Below are positions 12,577 through 25,983 of a DNA stretch of 64,000 nucleotides, piece by piece. The notes under the pieces were generated by a model. It had not been told where the DNA came from and did no database searches. It saw only the letters and a program-made list of their open reading frames with translations. Each line of letters starts with the position of its first letter. Position 1 is the stretch's first letter. Both the position numbers and the translations under genes were made by a program. The stretch comes from Catajapyx aquilonaris. Lineage: Eukaryota. Where the stretch lies: assembly GCA_000934665.2 (NCBI GenBank), contig KZ538098.1, forward strand, positions 1 to 64,000, in the 5' to 3' direction.

Positions 12577-14475
12577 TCAGTCCACGTAAATCTGAAACAA
12601 AATTTTACGGTGTCAAGATGCATATTGTAATGTCACATACTGTGCAATTAATAGTACCTCAATTTCTTTTTCTTGGTCGTATCCCAAGTACGAGTCAGAC
12701 TTCAAACAAGCTTTGTACAGGTAACCTCCCGGAATGAACGGCAGGGTTATCGTGAATAACACTCTGGCATAATCCCTCAAATCATTCACAAACTGAGGTC
12801 CTTTCACCAATCTTAGACACCATATGTCACACAGGTACAACCACCAACCTTCCTCCCTTTCCTGCAATTAAAGGAAAGATCTGTAAATTGTCATAATTAT
12901 TCAAGCAAAAGCTGGTGCTCACATATGCAAAATCTGACATTAACTAACCTGCGTAATTAATGGGCAGTGCACATTTATATCCGTCTGTGGATCTGCTGGC
13001 TCATAACCATGACCAAACTTTGAGTTCAGCATGTTTCTTCGCGTTAATATCACAGTGACGTCTATGAAGAGTAGGTTTTCTTCACGTGAATCTGTAACTA
13101 CAGAGTTACATTTAAAAAATTGGCCTTGGAAATATAGTTAAGTTTTCACACGTCGTAATGATTACCTCGCGTGAGGACATGCATTTCAACAAGAGGCATC
13201 TTCTGACACATTTTCATCGCTGTCCAGTACTCATCTTCGTTGAGATTTCGCAAAATGTCCCTCCTTTTGCGATCCTCCGAATGTGCAAACTTTTCCAGGC
13301 TTTCGACTCGATTCCGATTGATGCCAAACTGGTCCAGCACCCCGTCATTCACATGTGGAAGCTGCAACAATGAGTTCTGACCCTTCCATAGTCCCTGAAC
13401 CAACATTGGACTCAGGTCCATGCACCTGACCAGATTGTCCAAATCATGTCCCCCTCTGCGATTCGCCATTTCGGTCGCAACTTTCACCAATACAGGAACC
13501 AACTCCAGGCACTTCTGAATCACAAATCGAACGTCCTCTACATTACTGGACGATTCCAATTGATGCAAATAAGCCATGATTATCGATTTGGCCTTCAGCT
13601 GGCAAAAATCCATGCCTCTGTCCATATCGCCAAAATAATAGACGAATCTTTTGGTTATTCGTGCGACCATCTCTCTGTCTCCTCGTCGTTCGCAAATTTC
13701 GTCGTTTTGCTTCGAGTCGAACTCAACAGACCATGCCAATATGGTCACCACTTCTGTATGGTTCGTCATGTGAGATTCGCTCAGCTTTAGCTTGTAACAA
13801 TCTTGAGTTCCTTTGCGAATTTTAGCCTGAAATAATTCATAAAGTATTAGAAACGCAATTTTTAAAAAATTGTCGCCATTTCTTCCTGCAAGGCCGTACC
13901 TGTCTCTCAGGATATCGAAGCGATTTGTAATGCCTGTGAGCCAGCCATGGAAGGCCAGCGAGCAACAAAACGACGCACAGTATCAGTACCTTTGGATGGT
14001 AAATTAAATTATTAAAAAGTCAACTTTATGGTGGTTTGAACAACTCACATTTAGAGAGTTGAGTACCTTGCCCGTTTTGAAAGTGGGGTCATTCACGTCC
14101 GCATTTATTTCCGTGGAAGTGACATACACCAACAATAGGTACAGCATCCACACAGTAGATAAGCTTAAACAAAATTGTTGTAATACAAAAAAAATCGTCC
14201 GGTTACATAACGCACTGACATAGAGACTCACATTGCATATCTGATGTGTAATTCATTCTGCTGAGATTGAGTGGCCTTGACTTTTGACAGGCAACCATTG
14301 CAGCTGCAGCGCTCACTTCCGGCTGGTTCTGAAGGTCACAACCATTAAAACGCAGTCACTAATACATGTCAATTGTACTTATTGGCTCACCTTTTCGTTT
14401 AATTCGCGGCCAGACCAGGTAGGTCGCCGGTATGATGAAAACCGTAAAGATAGACGTCAGGAACAAGAGGAGCAT
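12577..14475 (-). CDS. SEC63-like protein lacking the J-domain; exons ~14475-14391, 14328-14232, 14163-14067, 13989-13900, 13826-13166, 13091-12949, 12861-~12658, 12591-12577
   Basis: Hand translation gives 'FEFDTYGDMLLLFLTSIFTVFIIPATYLVWPR' (SEC63 TM1), CSCNGC, TM2, TM3 'LPWLAHRHYKSLRY', 'ILAWSVEFD', 'LSPMLVQGLW..NSLLQLPH', 'EEGWWLYLCD' and 'LKSDSYLGYDQ'. All introns are GT-AG with compatible phases. The start codon is uncertain: homology extends upstream of the first in-frame ATG. Confidence 0.8.
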
Positions 14476-15525
14476 GTCCCCATACGTGTCAAACTCAAAT
14501 TTGCGGAAAGTGATTGCAACGTGTCGCTTCAGTGTCGCGTTCTTGACTTGGAATGGATAAGTCTTATCATATTATGCTTCCCGGGGCGGTTTATGTTTCC
14601 AGGGCAATGACTCAGTCTAGATAACTACCCTCAATCCTTATCAGGGACGGCGCCAATCGCTCCATGTCGCGCCTTCTAACGTTTAGAAATTAAACTTAGT
14701 TCAAATTGCACATAGCACTCTGACTCTATATGAGCTACAGTATGTTACACGGTTAGGATAGGTTGCGTGTTTACCTATCGTATCCTTGGACTAGGTCGTG
14801 AGAACAAGGGGAATTTACATCTCACAGAAGCTCTTGCGTGATCAAGACACCTCTTGGGGGTTCATTCATACGAGTAATTATTATTGACGTAAATCGTCAT
14901 CTTCATGCACTGCCGTGTCATTTTGGCGATTTAAATTTTTATATATACCATATCACCAAATATTCACCAAATGTTAGTGCTCGTTGACCCTGGCCATTTC
15001 AATCACTGCAGGCGTTTGAGGCAGAGTTGTCAAAACATATTTAATTGGCATTTTCAGCTGTGACCTTGTGACGATCGTAAAATGCACAAAATCGGAGATT
15101 TTCTCCGTAATTATGGAATTGTGATTAGGTAACACAAATAATCCAGAAAATAACAGTCAGTTTAGAGATTTGAGATAAATCTCGCACATAATTATACCAT
15201 GTGTACAGTACTATGCGTAGGCCTAATCACTCTAGTTGTCTAGTATGCTCTATACTTTGTACATCCGTATGCAATGTCATTGGTCATAATCACGAGTTAA
15301 TGAATGCAGGTCCACCATTCAAAATTAATGTTTGATTTACCTACTCGATGAAAGTGCATTTTTAGCATTTGTGATCAATTTGCAAGGCAATCATTAATGC
15401 CTACATTGAAACGTTGTCATATAATTTATTATCTCTTTCAAAAAGTGTGGTGAAGACACAAAAGGCACGGTAAACTGGTACAAGATCTTTGAATGTAATT
15501 AAATTAACAATTTTAGAGTGCTGTG

Positions 15526-15698
15526 AATGACTGGTCCCTGATTTGTTAAGTCAGTCGTCCCACAGCTGAGGCGCCTTGGACGTGTCCATCTTGGCTGCCT
15601 CTATACCTTTGACCTGTTCTTGTTGGCAAACGCACCCAACCTCATGTGTCTCTCCTGGACGTCCTTAATGCTTCGATACGCCTCGTCTTTTGGGTCGC
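15526..15698 (-). pseudogene. Fragment of an MpaB/DUF2236-like oxygenase gene
   Basis: Clear nucleotide match to 18280-18457 (DPKDEAYRSIKDVQERH...EAAKMDTSK) with indels. It joins directly to sequence resembling the upstream flank of the 17688-18764 gene. Confidence 0.8.
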
Positions 15699-16289
15699 AT
15701 GTGGCACAACACCTGAAATTAACTCTAACTGCTCACGTTGACTGGGAAACGCTATTTTCTGCAGTAATAATTATAATATTTCATCCCAAAGTAGCTACAG
15801 TACTGTACACCTGCATATACAGTAGAATGTTGCATGTTTAGAGTGATCTTAAGTATGGGAACTACAAGGTGGGTTCTTCGTTGATATCAAGCAGTGGCAG
15901 CAAATGTTCGAAATTATTTTTTAAAATCCACATTATAAAAGCTTTCCAAATGTAGCAAAATGTGTGACTTGTTGTGTCCCATCGTCATGAGTTATGCACC
16001 GTACACTCTTATTTTATTTGAAAATCTAGAGGTGCGCCACGGGGAAATAAAATTATAGATTAAACATGAGATGCTCTTAATTATTCAGGCTGGGATAAAT
16101 ACCGCACATACCGCTTAAACTACTGTGCTTAAACCATTGCTATTGATATTTCTCTGACTCATTAGAACTGATATGAGTGGCTCCACCAATTTTTGCACTT
16201 TGTAGTAGGCATACGTAGTTTAAAAGGAAGCAGTCATCAGGCCCTGTCTTAGCAGCATTTTCGTTCTTCACAGAGAGTCTCTAAAATTA

Positions 16290-16651
16290 TTGTCTGACCA
16301 GAAGCATAAGAGAGTTGGTGGGTTTTCCCCATCAAGCCAAAATCCCCCACGCCACCCCACCCCCTCGAAAATGCCCCTCTTCCCAACAATATTAATCCGC
16401 AAAAGGGTTCGGAAAGATCAGTTTAAAAGGAGACGTTGCCATAATTGTGGATCTGTGGTTATTATACGCATAAAAAAATTGTAATAAGGCACCCTGATGG
16501 GCAACATCTTATTCCGGTCTGACCTTTCCGAACCTTTTTGCAGATTAAGATTGTGGGGAAGTCGGGCATTTTCGAGGGGGTGGGGTGGCGGTGGGGAATT
16601 TTGGGTTGATGGGAAAAACCCAGCAACTCTCTTTAACTTCTGGTCAGACAA
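16290..16651. mobile_element. MITE with ~130 bp imperfect terminal inverted repeats
   Basis: 16290-16421 is the reverse complement of ~16519-16651 (TTGTCTGACCAGAAG...). TA flanks both ends. Confidence 0.8.
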
Positions 16652-17687
16652 TACATGTTCACGTGAATCATAATATTGAGTTCACTTGTCAAAATATTGG
16701 TTCCTCAATTTAAACTGGTTTCCGGCGTGAACAATCTTACTAAGATTCCAGAAGTGGCCGTTTTTTATACTCGTAGTTCGACACATGTAGGTGACCCTAT
16801 CTCCAGTTGGGTCACCTATACGTGCGTAATCCTGTGCGCCTTAGCATTGTATTTGAGTCTCCATCCAGAAGCAGCCCTTTCTGCCTTTTAAGTAACGCAA
16901 GGTTTTTCTGGATCCTCCATTTCAGAAATGCGTTTGTTCCCAAGAGACTGCAGCCGCCATGACGGCCATGACGTACGCCGGGCTGTCAGACTTGGTCAGA
17001 CCCCCTCTAGAGTGCTCTAGTTGCCCGGCAAAATATATGCCCCTGAACCTTGCCAGCCCTTTTCCGGGGCGGTTTCGCCCCGGTGTTGTTCCGAGTGTAC
17101 CCCCGGCCCTTTGTGCAGACCCCGGCAGCAATTTTAGAGGCATTCCCTGATATCCACATGAAGACACAGTACACTCAAGAACGACTATATAAGATATAGA
17201 CGTATGTGACCACGTTCGGAAGAGAAAATCCGAAAATCGGAAGGTTTGTGTTCACTCGAGATTTAGTTACAGGTTTGCGCAAACTCGCGTTAATGCAAGT
17301 TTTTCGTTAATCACAGAAAACCTGCTTTGATACAACCGGCCCTTAAAGTGCATTATGCAAATATGCAGGAAATATCAGAAACATCGCACTGCTGTAGACT
17401 TGTATATCATGCTTTATAAAACCCCGAACATTCCAGCCTTTTGCATGTCAATTTATATTTTCTAAGATCAACATTATTTTTCTAGGGGCCACATGTCTCA
17501 TATCCACTGGAGCTCAGGTGCAAGTTTAAGGAAAGGAAAACTGTCTTGAAAAAACACTATTATTAGTTTATGAATATTGCTAACTCAGCCAATAGCTGGC
17601 CAATAGTTTTATTAAGTATATTCTGCTACATAGACACTTGTAAGGTTGAAATCATATTCCACATAATATGCAACACCCCATGCGTCA

Positions 17688-18764
17688 TCATAAGCTTATT
17701 GTGTTTTTACTGATGCATTCTCTCTTAAGCATCGAAACCATCATTCTTGCTGATAAATTCAGCAGTACCACCACAGGTCTAAAACGACACAAACAACCAA
17801 GCAGAAAATTTGTTAACTTGAACTGCACTTTGGAGTACCACCTAACATGGGGGGTTAATGAAGCAAGAACATCGTTAAATCCGCAGATCCAAATAATTAA
17901 GAGAATTAAACTTTCTGAACTCATGGCCATGCGAAAAAAGACAGATATATCACCTGCAGCATACGCCATCATTCTCAAGTAATACTCATTTTCAGTGGAA
18001 ATATTTTTGATGTTTGGATGTAACACTTGGTCCAACCCCTCCTGACAAAGTGCCCTCGTTTGATTCAGAGTACCCGAAAATGGATTCAGGTAGTCCTCTA
18101 CTCCCAGATGGTAACACAACACTCTCCACATATACACATAGTCTCCAATCTCCTCTTCTGTTGCTCCGTGTATGCCCATCTTCTCTGGACACAATATTAC
18201 AGGGGACGCCATTGCGACTGCTGCCACGGCCAAGTCCAGCTGGCTCATGTATGGACACCCATCCTGAAGCTTGAATGGACACGACTGGTCCCTGATGTGT
18301 TCGGTCAAATGACACTCTTCCCACAGCTGAGGCACCTTGGACGTGTCAATCTTGGCTGCTTCCACCTTCGACTTGTTCTTGTTGGCATAAGCACCCAACC
18401 TCCTGTGTCTGTCCTGGACATCCTTCATGCTTCGATACGCCTCGTCCTTTGGGTCCCACAGGTCTCCTTCAAACCAAGTTGTGATATGCACCAGTGTGTT
18501 CTTCAACAAGCGTTGCAGTGACTGTTTACTATCGAACTTGCCGTAGTACATGAGCACCTGATGTCCGGATGGCCAGAGGAAGTTGCTGGTTGCTGCCACA
18601 CACATGGACATCAGGGTACCAAGCAAGTTCTTCTGAACAAACTTCTGTCCCCTCCGAAACCTGTCCTTGTCCAACCAAGACGGGGCCTTGTCCATAGTGT
18701 TTACCGTTGTGTATGGTACCATTGCACCGTCTAGAATGAGCTTCTGCAGGGTTAGTCCTTCCAT
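17688..18764 (-). CDS. Intronless MpaB/DUF2236-like (ER-bound oxygenase / rubber oxygenase catalytic domain) protein, copy 1
   Basis: Motifs 'PSWLDKDRFRRGQKF', 'VQDRH', 'MSQLDLA', 'EEIGDYVYMWRVLCYHLGVEDYLN' are typical of this family from recalled knowledge. Start set at MEGLTL, shared with paralogs. Confidence 0.75.
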   Translation of the reverse strand: MEGLTLQKLILDGAMVPYTTVNTMDKAPSWLDKDRFRRGQKFVQKNLLGTLMSMCVAATSNFLWPSGHQVLMYYGKFDSKQSLQRLLKNTLVHITTWFEGDLWDPKDEAYRSMKDVQDRHRRLGAYANKNKSKVEAAKIDTSKVPQLWEECHLTEHIRDQSCPFKLQDGCPYMSQLDLAVAAVAMASPVILCPEKMGIHGATEEEIGDYVYMWRVLCYHLGVEDYLNPFSGTLNQTRALCQEGLDQVLHPNIKNISTENEYYLRMMAYAAGDISVFFRMAMSSESLILLIIWICGFNDVLASLTPHVRWYSKVQFKLTNFLLGCLCRFRPVVVLLNLSARMMVSMLKRECISKNTISL

Positions 18765-19125
18765 GTTGCGAGTAAGAGAGCCTAACCGAGAAAGTTGATT
18801 TATATATGCTAGAATGTAGCAAGGATTATGCAATGGGATTATGTGTTGTTGTGTTATATGACTGATGTGGCCCAATAACACCTGAAATTTAGTCTAAGGT
18901 GTATAATTACTACGTAAGTTGGTTGTGAAATACTAGTTTCTGAAGTAATTAATATTTCACACCAAAGTACACCTGCATGCAATGTTGCATGATTTGAGGA
19001 ATTATACCAGATGGGCTGAGGTTCTTTATTGAGATCAAGTAGTACGTTGCATTCAGAATTATTTTTCAATTCACTCTAAAAAGCTCTCTATCTCTGTTGC
19101 AAGAGGTGTATCTTGTTCTACCACA

Positions 19126-19416
19126 CCACCATTTTCTCTCATTATTTTCTTCTGTATTTTATTCGGACACCGTGCAAGGAGGAATGACAAGGGAAGGGAA
19201 TTGGGGATTTTTGGGGAGGAGACATAGGCTCTGATGCAATGTCTGAAGAGGGGTCACGTGCAGTCTCTCGGAAGGTTAGGTTGCCTGACCCCTCCATGGT
19301 GCAGGTCACAGACCCTCCTGACGCAGGCGAAAGGGAACTCCCGGGAGAGGGGATCGAACCCGGGACCTCTCACTCAGCAAGCCAAGTAGTTACCAACTCG
19401 GCCACCACGCCTCCCA
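19126..19416 (-). mobile_element. tRNA-derived SINE, 3'-truncated copy
   Basis: Minus-strand head GGGAGGCGTGGTGGCCGAGTTGG...GGTTCGATCCC (Pol III A and B boxes). Body shared with 23779-24164. Confidence 0.7.
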
Positions 19417-19829
19417 TTCATACTGGAAATTTAAATAAACCAGCTTAAGTTATTGCTATTCACGCTCATTGACTCATTATAATTTATGTCAGTGTCTGCA
19501 TTCCGATTTGCATTTTCCATAGTTTAAAAGGAAGCATCCATTTGGTCCTGTCTTAGCAAATATTTCAATTTGCGGCTCTTTATTTGGCAGGTGAAAACAG
19601 AATATCCCGTTTTTTGTCAAAATGTATCGTAGTGACTTTTCGTTGATGCCGGCAGCCTATGTAAAAGACAAAGAATTCATTCGACATCGTCTCTGCCGAA
19701 GTGTTCGGGGCACTTTAATATCTTTTATAACTCGGTCAAATCTCTGTCATTTCAAATCAGCGGTCAGCTTTATTAATTTTTTATTAGGATGATTGTCACC
19801 ATAATTAAAGAGGAATTATGCTCAAAACT

Positions 19830-19946
19830 GGGATGGAATTTTCTTGCCATTGCTAGTTACTGCTACCTTAGCAGTACCATTTCCATCACAGGTACTGGCG
19901 TACTGTTAACTTCACAGTATCAAGCAGAGGGACCAAAATTCGACCC
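19830..19946. mobile_element. ~110 bp palindromic mini-MITE (other copies at 24560-24677, 43051-43158, ~55704-55830)
   Basis: Ends GGGxxGAATTTTC...GAAAATTCxACCC, with shared internal TAGTTACTGCTA. Confidence 0.7.
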
Positions 19947-22255
19947 GTCTTGTTCTACTCACGGTTGCCAGTGTAATATCCAATTTGACAAGAGACAACA
20001 CAAATTAAATTCATTTTCTCACATATTGTTAGGCTGTATTGATGCTATGATGCGTCAGTCTATTCATAAAGAGCAAAGCTAACAAGGTTGCAAATACATA
20101 TTGTCACTTCTCTTGAAGGTTATCGATCTGTATCATTTTGAAACACCTATGTGTTATTCTCGAATATTGCTCGGCTCTTTAATACATTAATAAGTACATT
20201 TTCTATTATAAAGTAAGGACACCAGCAAGCAAGTGTACTACTCGCTTACGGGTGCATATCCCCATCACCTAAGGGCTTCAGTTGAAATCAAATATGACGC
20301 CTCTCTGGTCTCAGAATGCACGATTCGAGATTTTTAGTGTAATTTTCGGTTTCAGTGACAGCATATTATATCTAAGCGATACCTCACATGCCACCGTTTA
20401 GGCGCAGATACCATTAGACATAATCCATATGGTAATTTAAAAGTGACGGTCATATGTCACAAACTAATGACCTTATGACCTACTTCGTGTTTCCAATCGT
20501 CTTAGCGACCTCGAATAATTATGCGGAAATAACACCAACATTGACATGGAGAGGCAATTTGGAATTTTCAAAAAATATATGACCTTATTCCAAAAAGGCC
20601 GCCATTCTGACCCCGCAAGGTCAAGGGGCAGGGTGCTGCGGGTCACATTGAACGCCTATGGAACGTATGTGCAAAGTGGCTTGCCTTCTGCAAGAATTCG
20701 CAGCAATTTACCGTTTTTCCAAGTGTACCGTTTAAACTAGCACGATGGCACCACGCTAAGAGCGCCTTTAAATATTTTGGCAGTTTGTTAACAGATGATC
20801 ACACAAATATGCCAGGGATATCGTTGTAAAGATGAGAATGCGCGGAAACCTTTTCCTGTCCTGCACATTTTGTCGCGTCTGCAGTGCGGAACGGATTATT
20901 TTCATGTTTTCAAAAGTGCAAGGAGAAAATTCGAATTAGGCGGGCGTTTTTCCGGTGACCTTGAACTACAGGTGGTATGATGACTTGATAGTCACGTTGT
21001 ACATCCAATTGTAAACATTTTAAGAGCAATCCGAGCAAAATCGGACGAGGAGTTTCGTTTTTATAGACACTTATTCTATGGCGAGTGTCACTTATGTACT
21101 CCCTTCTTGAGCCGAAAAAAACATGACGCCGACAGGGAAGAGTCGGGAACTTTTGATCTGTTGTTCAGCATGCCAAACTGAGCCTGTGTGCAAATTTTCA
21201 GCTTTACATAATATTTGTCCGGGTTCGGCATCATTTTTGTCTAAAACAGTGATGGGTGAGTTCTGTGCACATCCAACCAGATTCCACCGGACACTGGCAC
21301 GTAACTCGAGTATTCCGTGTCTATTCGCAGTCGCAAAGAGGGTTTCCCCATGTCTTTCATAATAAGAGAGAGATTTTTTTCACAACAGTGGCGTCACTCG
21401 GGTGGTTCGCGCAGATTGGCCGGCCGCTGCACGGCGACAGGCCCTGAGCCAGTGGTGTCCGTTTCGGATATCTCGCGCAGCCCACACAGACTGCAGCCGC
21501 CTTCTTTGGCCATGACGCCGGGCTGTCAGACTTGGTCAGACCCCCTCGGGAGTGGTCTAGTTTCCCGGCAAATTATGCTCTTATGCGCCTGAACCTTGCC
21601 AGCCTTTTTCCGGGGCAGTTTCGCCCCCGGTGTTGTTCCGAGTGTACCCCCGGTCCTTTGTGCAGTCCCCGAAAAACATTTTTATAGGCATTCCCTGAAA
21701 TCCACATGAAAATACTCTCAAGAACGACTAGATAAGTCGAAATGCGGCCGCGTTCGGAAGAGAAATTAAATTAGAAAATCGGGAGGTTTGTGTTAACCAG
21801 ATATTTAATTACAGGTTTGTGCAAACTCGCGTTAATACAAGTTTTTCATTAATCACGACTTTTATGCCTAGTAAACAGAGAAAATCTGCTTTAATACAAC
21901 CGGCCCTAAGAGTGCATTATGCAAATATGCAGGAAACATCGGAAACATCGCACTGGGCTGTATAGGCTTGTATAAGCATCATGCTTTATGAAACGCCGAA
22001 CATTTCAGCCTTCTGCATGTAATTTTTTTTCCAAGATCAACATTTTCTAGGGGCCACATGTCTCATATATGGTGGGGTTTCCACCGGAGCTCACGTGCAA
22101 GTTTAAGGAAAGGAAAACTGTCTTGAAAAAACACTATTAGCACTCGATATTGCTAACTCAGCAAGTAGTTTTATTATATTCTGCTACAGAGACCGACAGA
22201 GACACTTGTAAGGTTGAAATAATATTCCACATAATATGCAACACCCCATGCGCCA

Positions 22256-23335
22256 TCATAATCTTATTGTGTTGTTACTGATGCATTCTCTCTTAAGCAT
22301 TGAAACCATCATCCTTGCTAATAAATTTATCAGTATCACCACAGGTCTAAAACGACACAAACAACCAAGCAGAAAATTTGTTAACTTGAACTGAACTTTG
22401 GAGTACCACCTAACATGGGGCGTTAATGAAGCAAGAACATCGTTAAATCCGAACATCCAAATAATTAAGAGGATTAAACTTTCTGAACTCATGGCCATGC
22501 GAACAAAGACAGACATATCACCTGCAGCGTACGCCATCATTCTCAAATAATACTCATTTTCAGTGGAAATATTTTTGATGTTTAGGTGTAAAACTTGATC
22601 CATCACCTCATCCTGACAAAGAGCCCTCGTTTCATTCAGAGTACCCGAAAATGGATTCAGGTAGTCCTCTACTCCCAGTTGGTAACACAACACCCTCCAC
22701 ATATACACATAGTCTCCAATCTCCTCTTCTGTTGCCCCGTGAACGCCCATCTTCTCTGGACACAATATTACAGGTGACACCATTGCGACTGCTGCCGCGG
22801 CCAAGTCCAGCTGGCTCATGTATGGACACCCATCCTGAAGCTTGAATGGACACGACTGGTCCCGGATGTGTTCGGTCAAATGACAATCTTCCCACAGCTG
22901 AGGCACCTTGGACATGTCAATCTTGGCTGCTTCCACCTTCGACTTGTTCTTGTTGGCATAAGCACCCAACCTCCTGTGTCTGTCCTGGACATCCTTCATG
23001 CTTTGATACGCCTCGTCCTTTGGGTCCCACAGGTCTCCTTCAAACCAAGTTGCGATATGCACCAATGTGTTCTTCAACAAGCGTCGCAGTGACTGTTGAC
23101 TGTCGAACTTGCCGTAGTACATGAGCACCTGATGTCCGGGTGGCCAGAGGAAGTTGCTGATTGCTGCCAAACTCATGGACATCAGTGTACCGAGCAAGTT
23201 CTTCTGAACAAACTTCTGTCCCCTCCGAAACCTGTCCTTGTCCAGCCAAGACGGGACCTAGTCCACAGTGTTCACTTTTGTGTATGGTACCATCGCACCG
23301 TCTCGAACGAGCTTCTGCAGAGTTAGCCCTTCCAT
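22256..23335 (-). pseudogene. MpaB/DUF2236-like oxygenase copy 2 with an early nonsense codon
   Basis: Close duplicate of copy 1. ATG at 23335 is in frame, but AAG has become TAG at 23260-23258. Confidence 0.8.
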
Positions 23336-23778
23336 GTTGCGAGTACAGTATAATAGAGCTGAACCTAGAAAGTTGATTTATATAGGATAGAAATTAGCAA
23401 GGATTATGTGTTATATAACTGATGTGGCCCAATAACTCCTGAATATAATTTACTCTAAGGTGCATAATTACTACGTATAAGTTGGTTGTGAAATACTCGT
23501 TTCTGTACTAATTAATATTTCAGGCCAAAGTACACCTACATGCAATGTTGCAGGTTTTGAGTGATAATACCAGATGGGCTGAGGTTCTTATTGAGATCAA
23601 GTAGTACGTTGCATTCAGAATTATTTTCCAATTCACGCTAAAAGAGCTCTCTCTATATCTGCTACAAGAGGTGTATCTTGTTCTACCCCGTCATCATGAG
23701 TTAAGAATTATTTTATTGGAAAGCATAGAGGCGCTCTGCCGGGAAATTAAATTAAATGAAGTGTTCGTTCAGACTGAG

Positions 23779-23780
23779 AT

Positions 23781-23819
<39 letters not shown>

Positions 23820-24164
23820 TTTTACTTACCCCATTGGGAGAACATCGTACCTTTAGTGGGGTGGAACATCACCATTTTCCATCACTTTTTTTCTCAGTTA
23901 TGTATTTTATTCGGACACCGTGCAAGGGAGAAAGGACAAGAGAAGAGAATTGGGTATTTTTGGGGAGGAGACGTGGGTGCCGGTGCAATGTCTGAAGAGG
24001 GGTCACGTGCAGTCTCCCTGAAGGTTAGGTTGCCTGACACCTCCATGGTGCAGGTCAGAGAACCTCCTGACGCAAGCGAAAGGTAACTCCCGGGACGGGA
24101 TCGAACCTGTGGCCTTTCACTCAGCAAGCCGAGTCGTTACCAACTCGGCCACCACGCCTCCCAT
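23779..24164 (-). mobile_element. tRNA-derived SINE with (TAAA)n tail
   Basis: A/B-box head at ~24090-24164 on the minus strand. The (TTTA)n array at 23779-23822 would be its 3' tail. Confidence 0.7.
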
Positions 24165-25983
24165 TCATACTGGGAATTTAAATAAACCAGCTTAAGCCAT
24201 TGCTATTCACGCTCATTGACTCATTATGTCAGTGTCTGCATCCCTATTTGCATGTTGTATAGTTTGAAAGGAAGCATCCATTCGGTCCTGCCTTAGCAAA
24301 TATCTCAATTTGCGGCTTTTTATTTGGCAGGTGAAAACATAATATCCAGTTTTTTGTCAAAAAGTATCGTAGTGACTTTTCGTTGATGCCAGCAGCCTGT
24401 AAGTAAAAGTCAAAGAATTCACTCGACATCGTCTCTGCCAAAGTGTTCGTGCACTTTAATATCCGTTATAACTTAAATTGTTTCAGTTTATATTGTCGAA
24501 CCTCTGTCAGTTCAAATCAGCGGTCAGCATTATTAATTTTTTATTATGATGATTAAAACTGGGGTGGAATTTTCTTCCCATTGCTAGTTACTGCTACCTT
24601 AGCGGTACCATTTCCATCACAGGTACTGGCGTACTGCTACGTTAGCAGTATGTAGCAGTGGGACGAAAATTCGACCCGTATTGTTCTATTCACGGTTGCC
24701 AGTGTAATATCAAATTTGACAAGATACAACACAAATTAAATTCATTTTCTCACATATTGTTAGGCTGCATTGATGCATCAGTCTATTCATAAAGAGCAAA
24801 GCTAACAAGGTTGCAAAGACCTATTGTCACTTCTCTTGAAGGTTATCGATCTGTATCATTTTGAAACACCTAAGTATTGTTCTCGAATATTGCTCGGCTT
24901 TGTAAGACATTAATAAATACATTTCTTAATATAAATTTAATAGTACATTGAAATTTTGAAAATCGACTTGTAATGTCAGTCTATATAATTATTATTTATG
25001 TAGTTCTACATAAATTTAAATTTCCCAAGAGTTCGCCATATTACATGACAATGCATGCGTACTCGTAGATGAGGATTAACTGCAATCCTATACTGTTGAC
25101 AATACATTGTATGAATACGCAGACAATCGGCTATTTAATATAAGGCCATTGATGACGTTGGCATAAATCTACACATACTGTATTTACGAGAGTGCGGAAA
25201 TCGTGAGTTAGCAATATCATAAAAAATGTATTACACACTACTTAATAGACGTGCATAAGTGTTCATGTGCAATAAGAGTAGGCACTTATTTGTATGAAAG
25301 GTGACCCTGTCTGATACGACACGTACAATCGTATACATTGTGACAAAATAATGTACATTTCGTCACTGGCTTAGGTAACAAGATCAACATTTGTCATTTT
25401 ATTAGCCATAAACACTTCTTGGAAAAAGGAAATTGCAAAAAATATTCAAAACTAATATTTCTTCGCATTTTCAATCCAATTTTTGTTAACTATGTGCATA
25501 ATGGGAAATATTTTCACAAAGTATTGATAGAGCAGTCTCAGACTTGTGACAATAAATTATTAATAATATTTCGATGAATACGCTGACCTTGTGCGATTTT
25601 GAAAATCACAAGACTATTGATGACGACTGCTGGCATAACTTATGGGAGTACGGAGATGCTGACTTTTTGTAATATCATAAATTCTGTATAGGAGAATATT
25701 TCATCCTTAAAAGACGTCTATAAGTAGTGTTTATGCGCAAGACCACACTAATAATCCGCACATATTTGGTGACCCTGTCTTCTGATACATTAAGACAAAA
25801 TAATGTGCATTTCATCACTGACTTAGGCAACAGGCAAACATATTACATCAAGAGTTTTTTCTTGGTCAACAACTATGGCAACTCCCACATCAGTGTTAGA
25901 GCTTCTCGTGTAATATTATAAAGGAGTAAAAAACTTCGTGTACCGCCAGCATTTTTCACACTTCGTCTGCGTGGTTGAGCACC

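Larger units (their letters stand above)
16960..24932. repeat. Direct segmental duplication: ~16960-20210 and ~21510-24932
   Basis: Collinear high identity across the downstream flank, oxygenase gene, upstream flank, SINE and mini-MITE. About 1.3 kb of unrelated sequence separates the copies. Confidence 0.9.

Noticed and set aside
20215..21500. Spacer between the duplicated segments as a defined transposon
   Set aside because: It looks repeat-like, but I could not establish termini, a target duplication or coding remnants.
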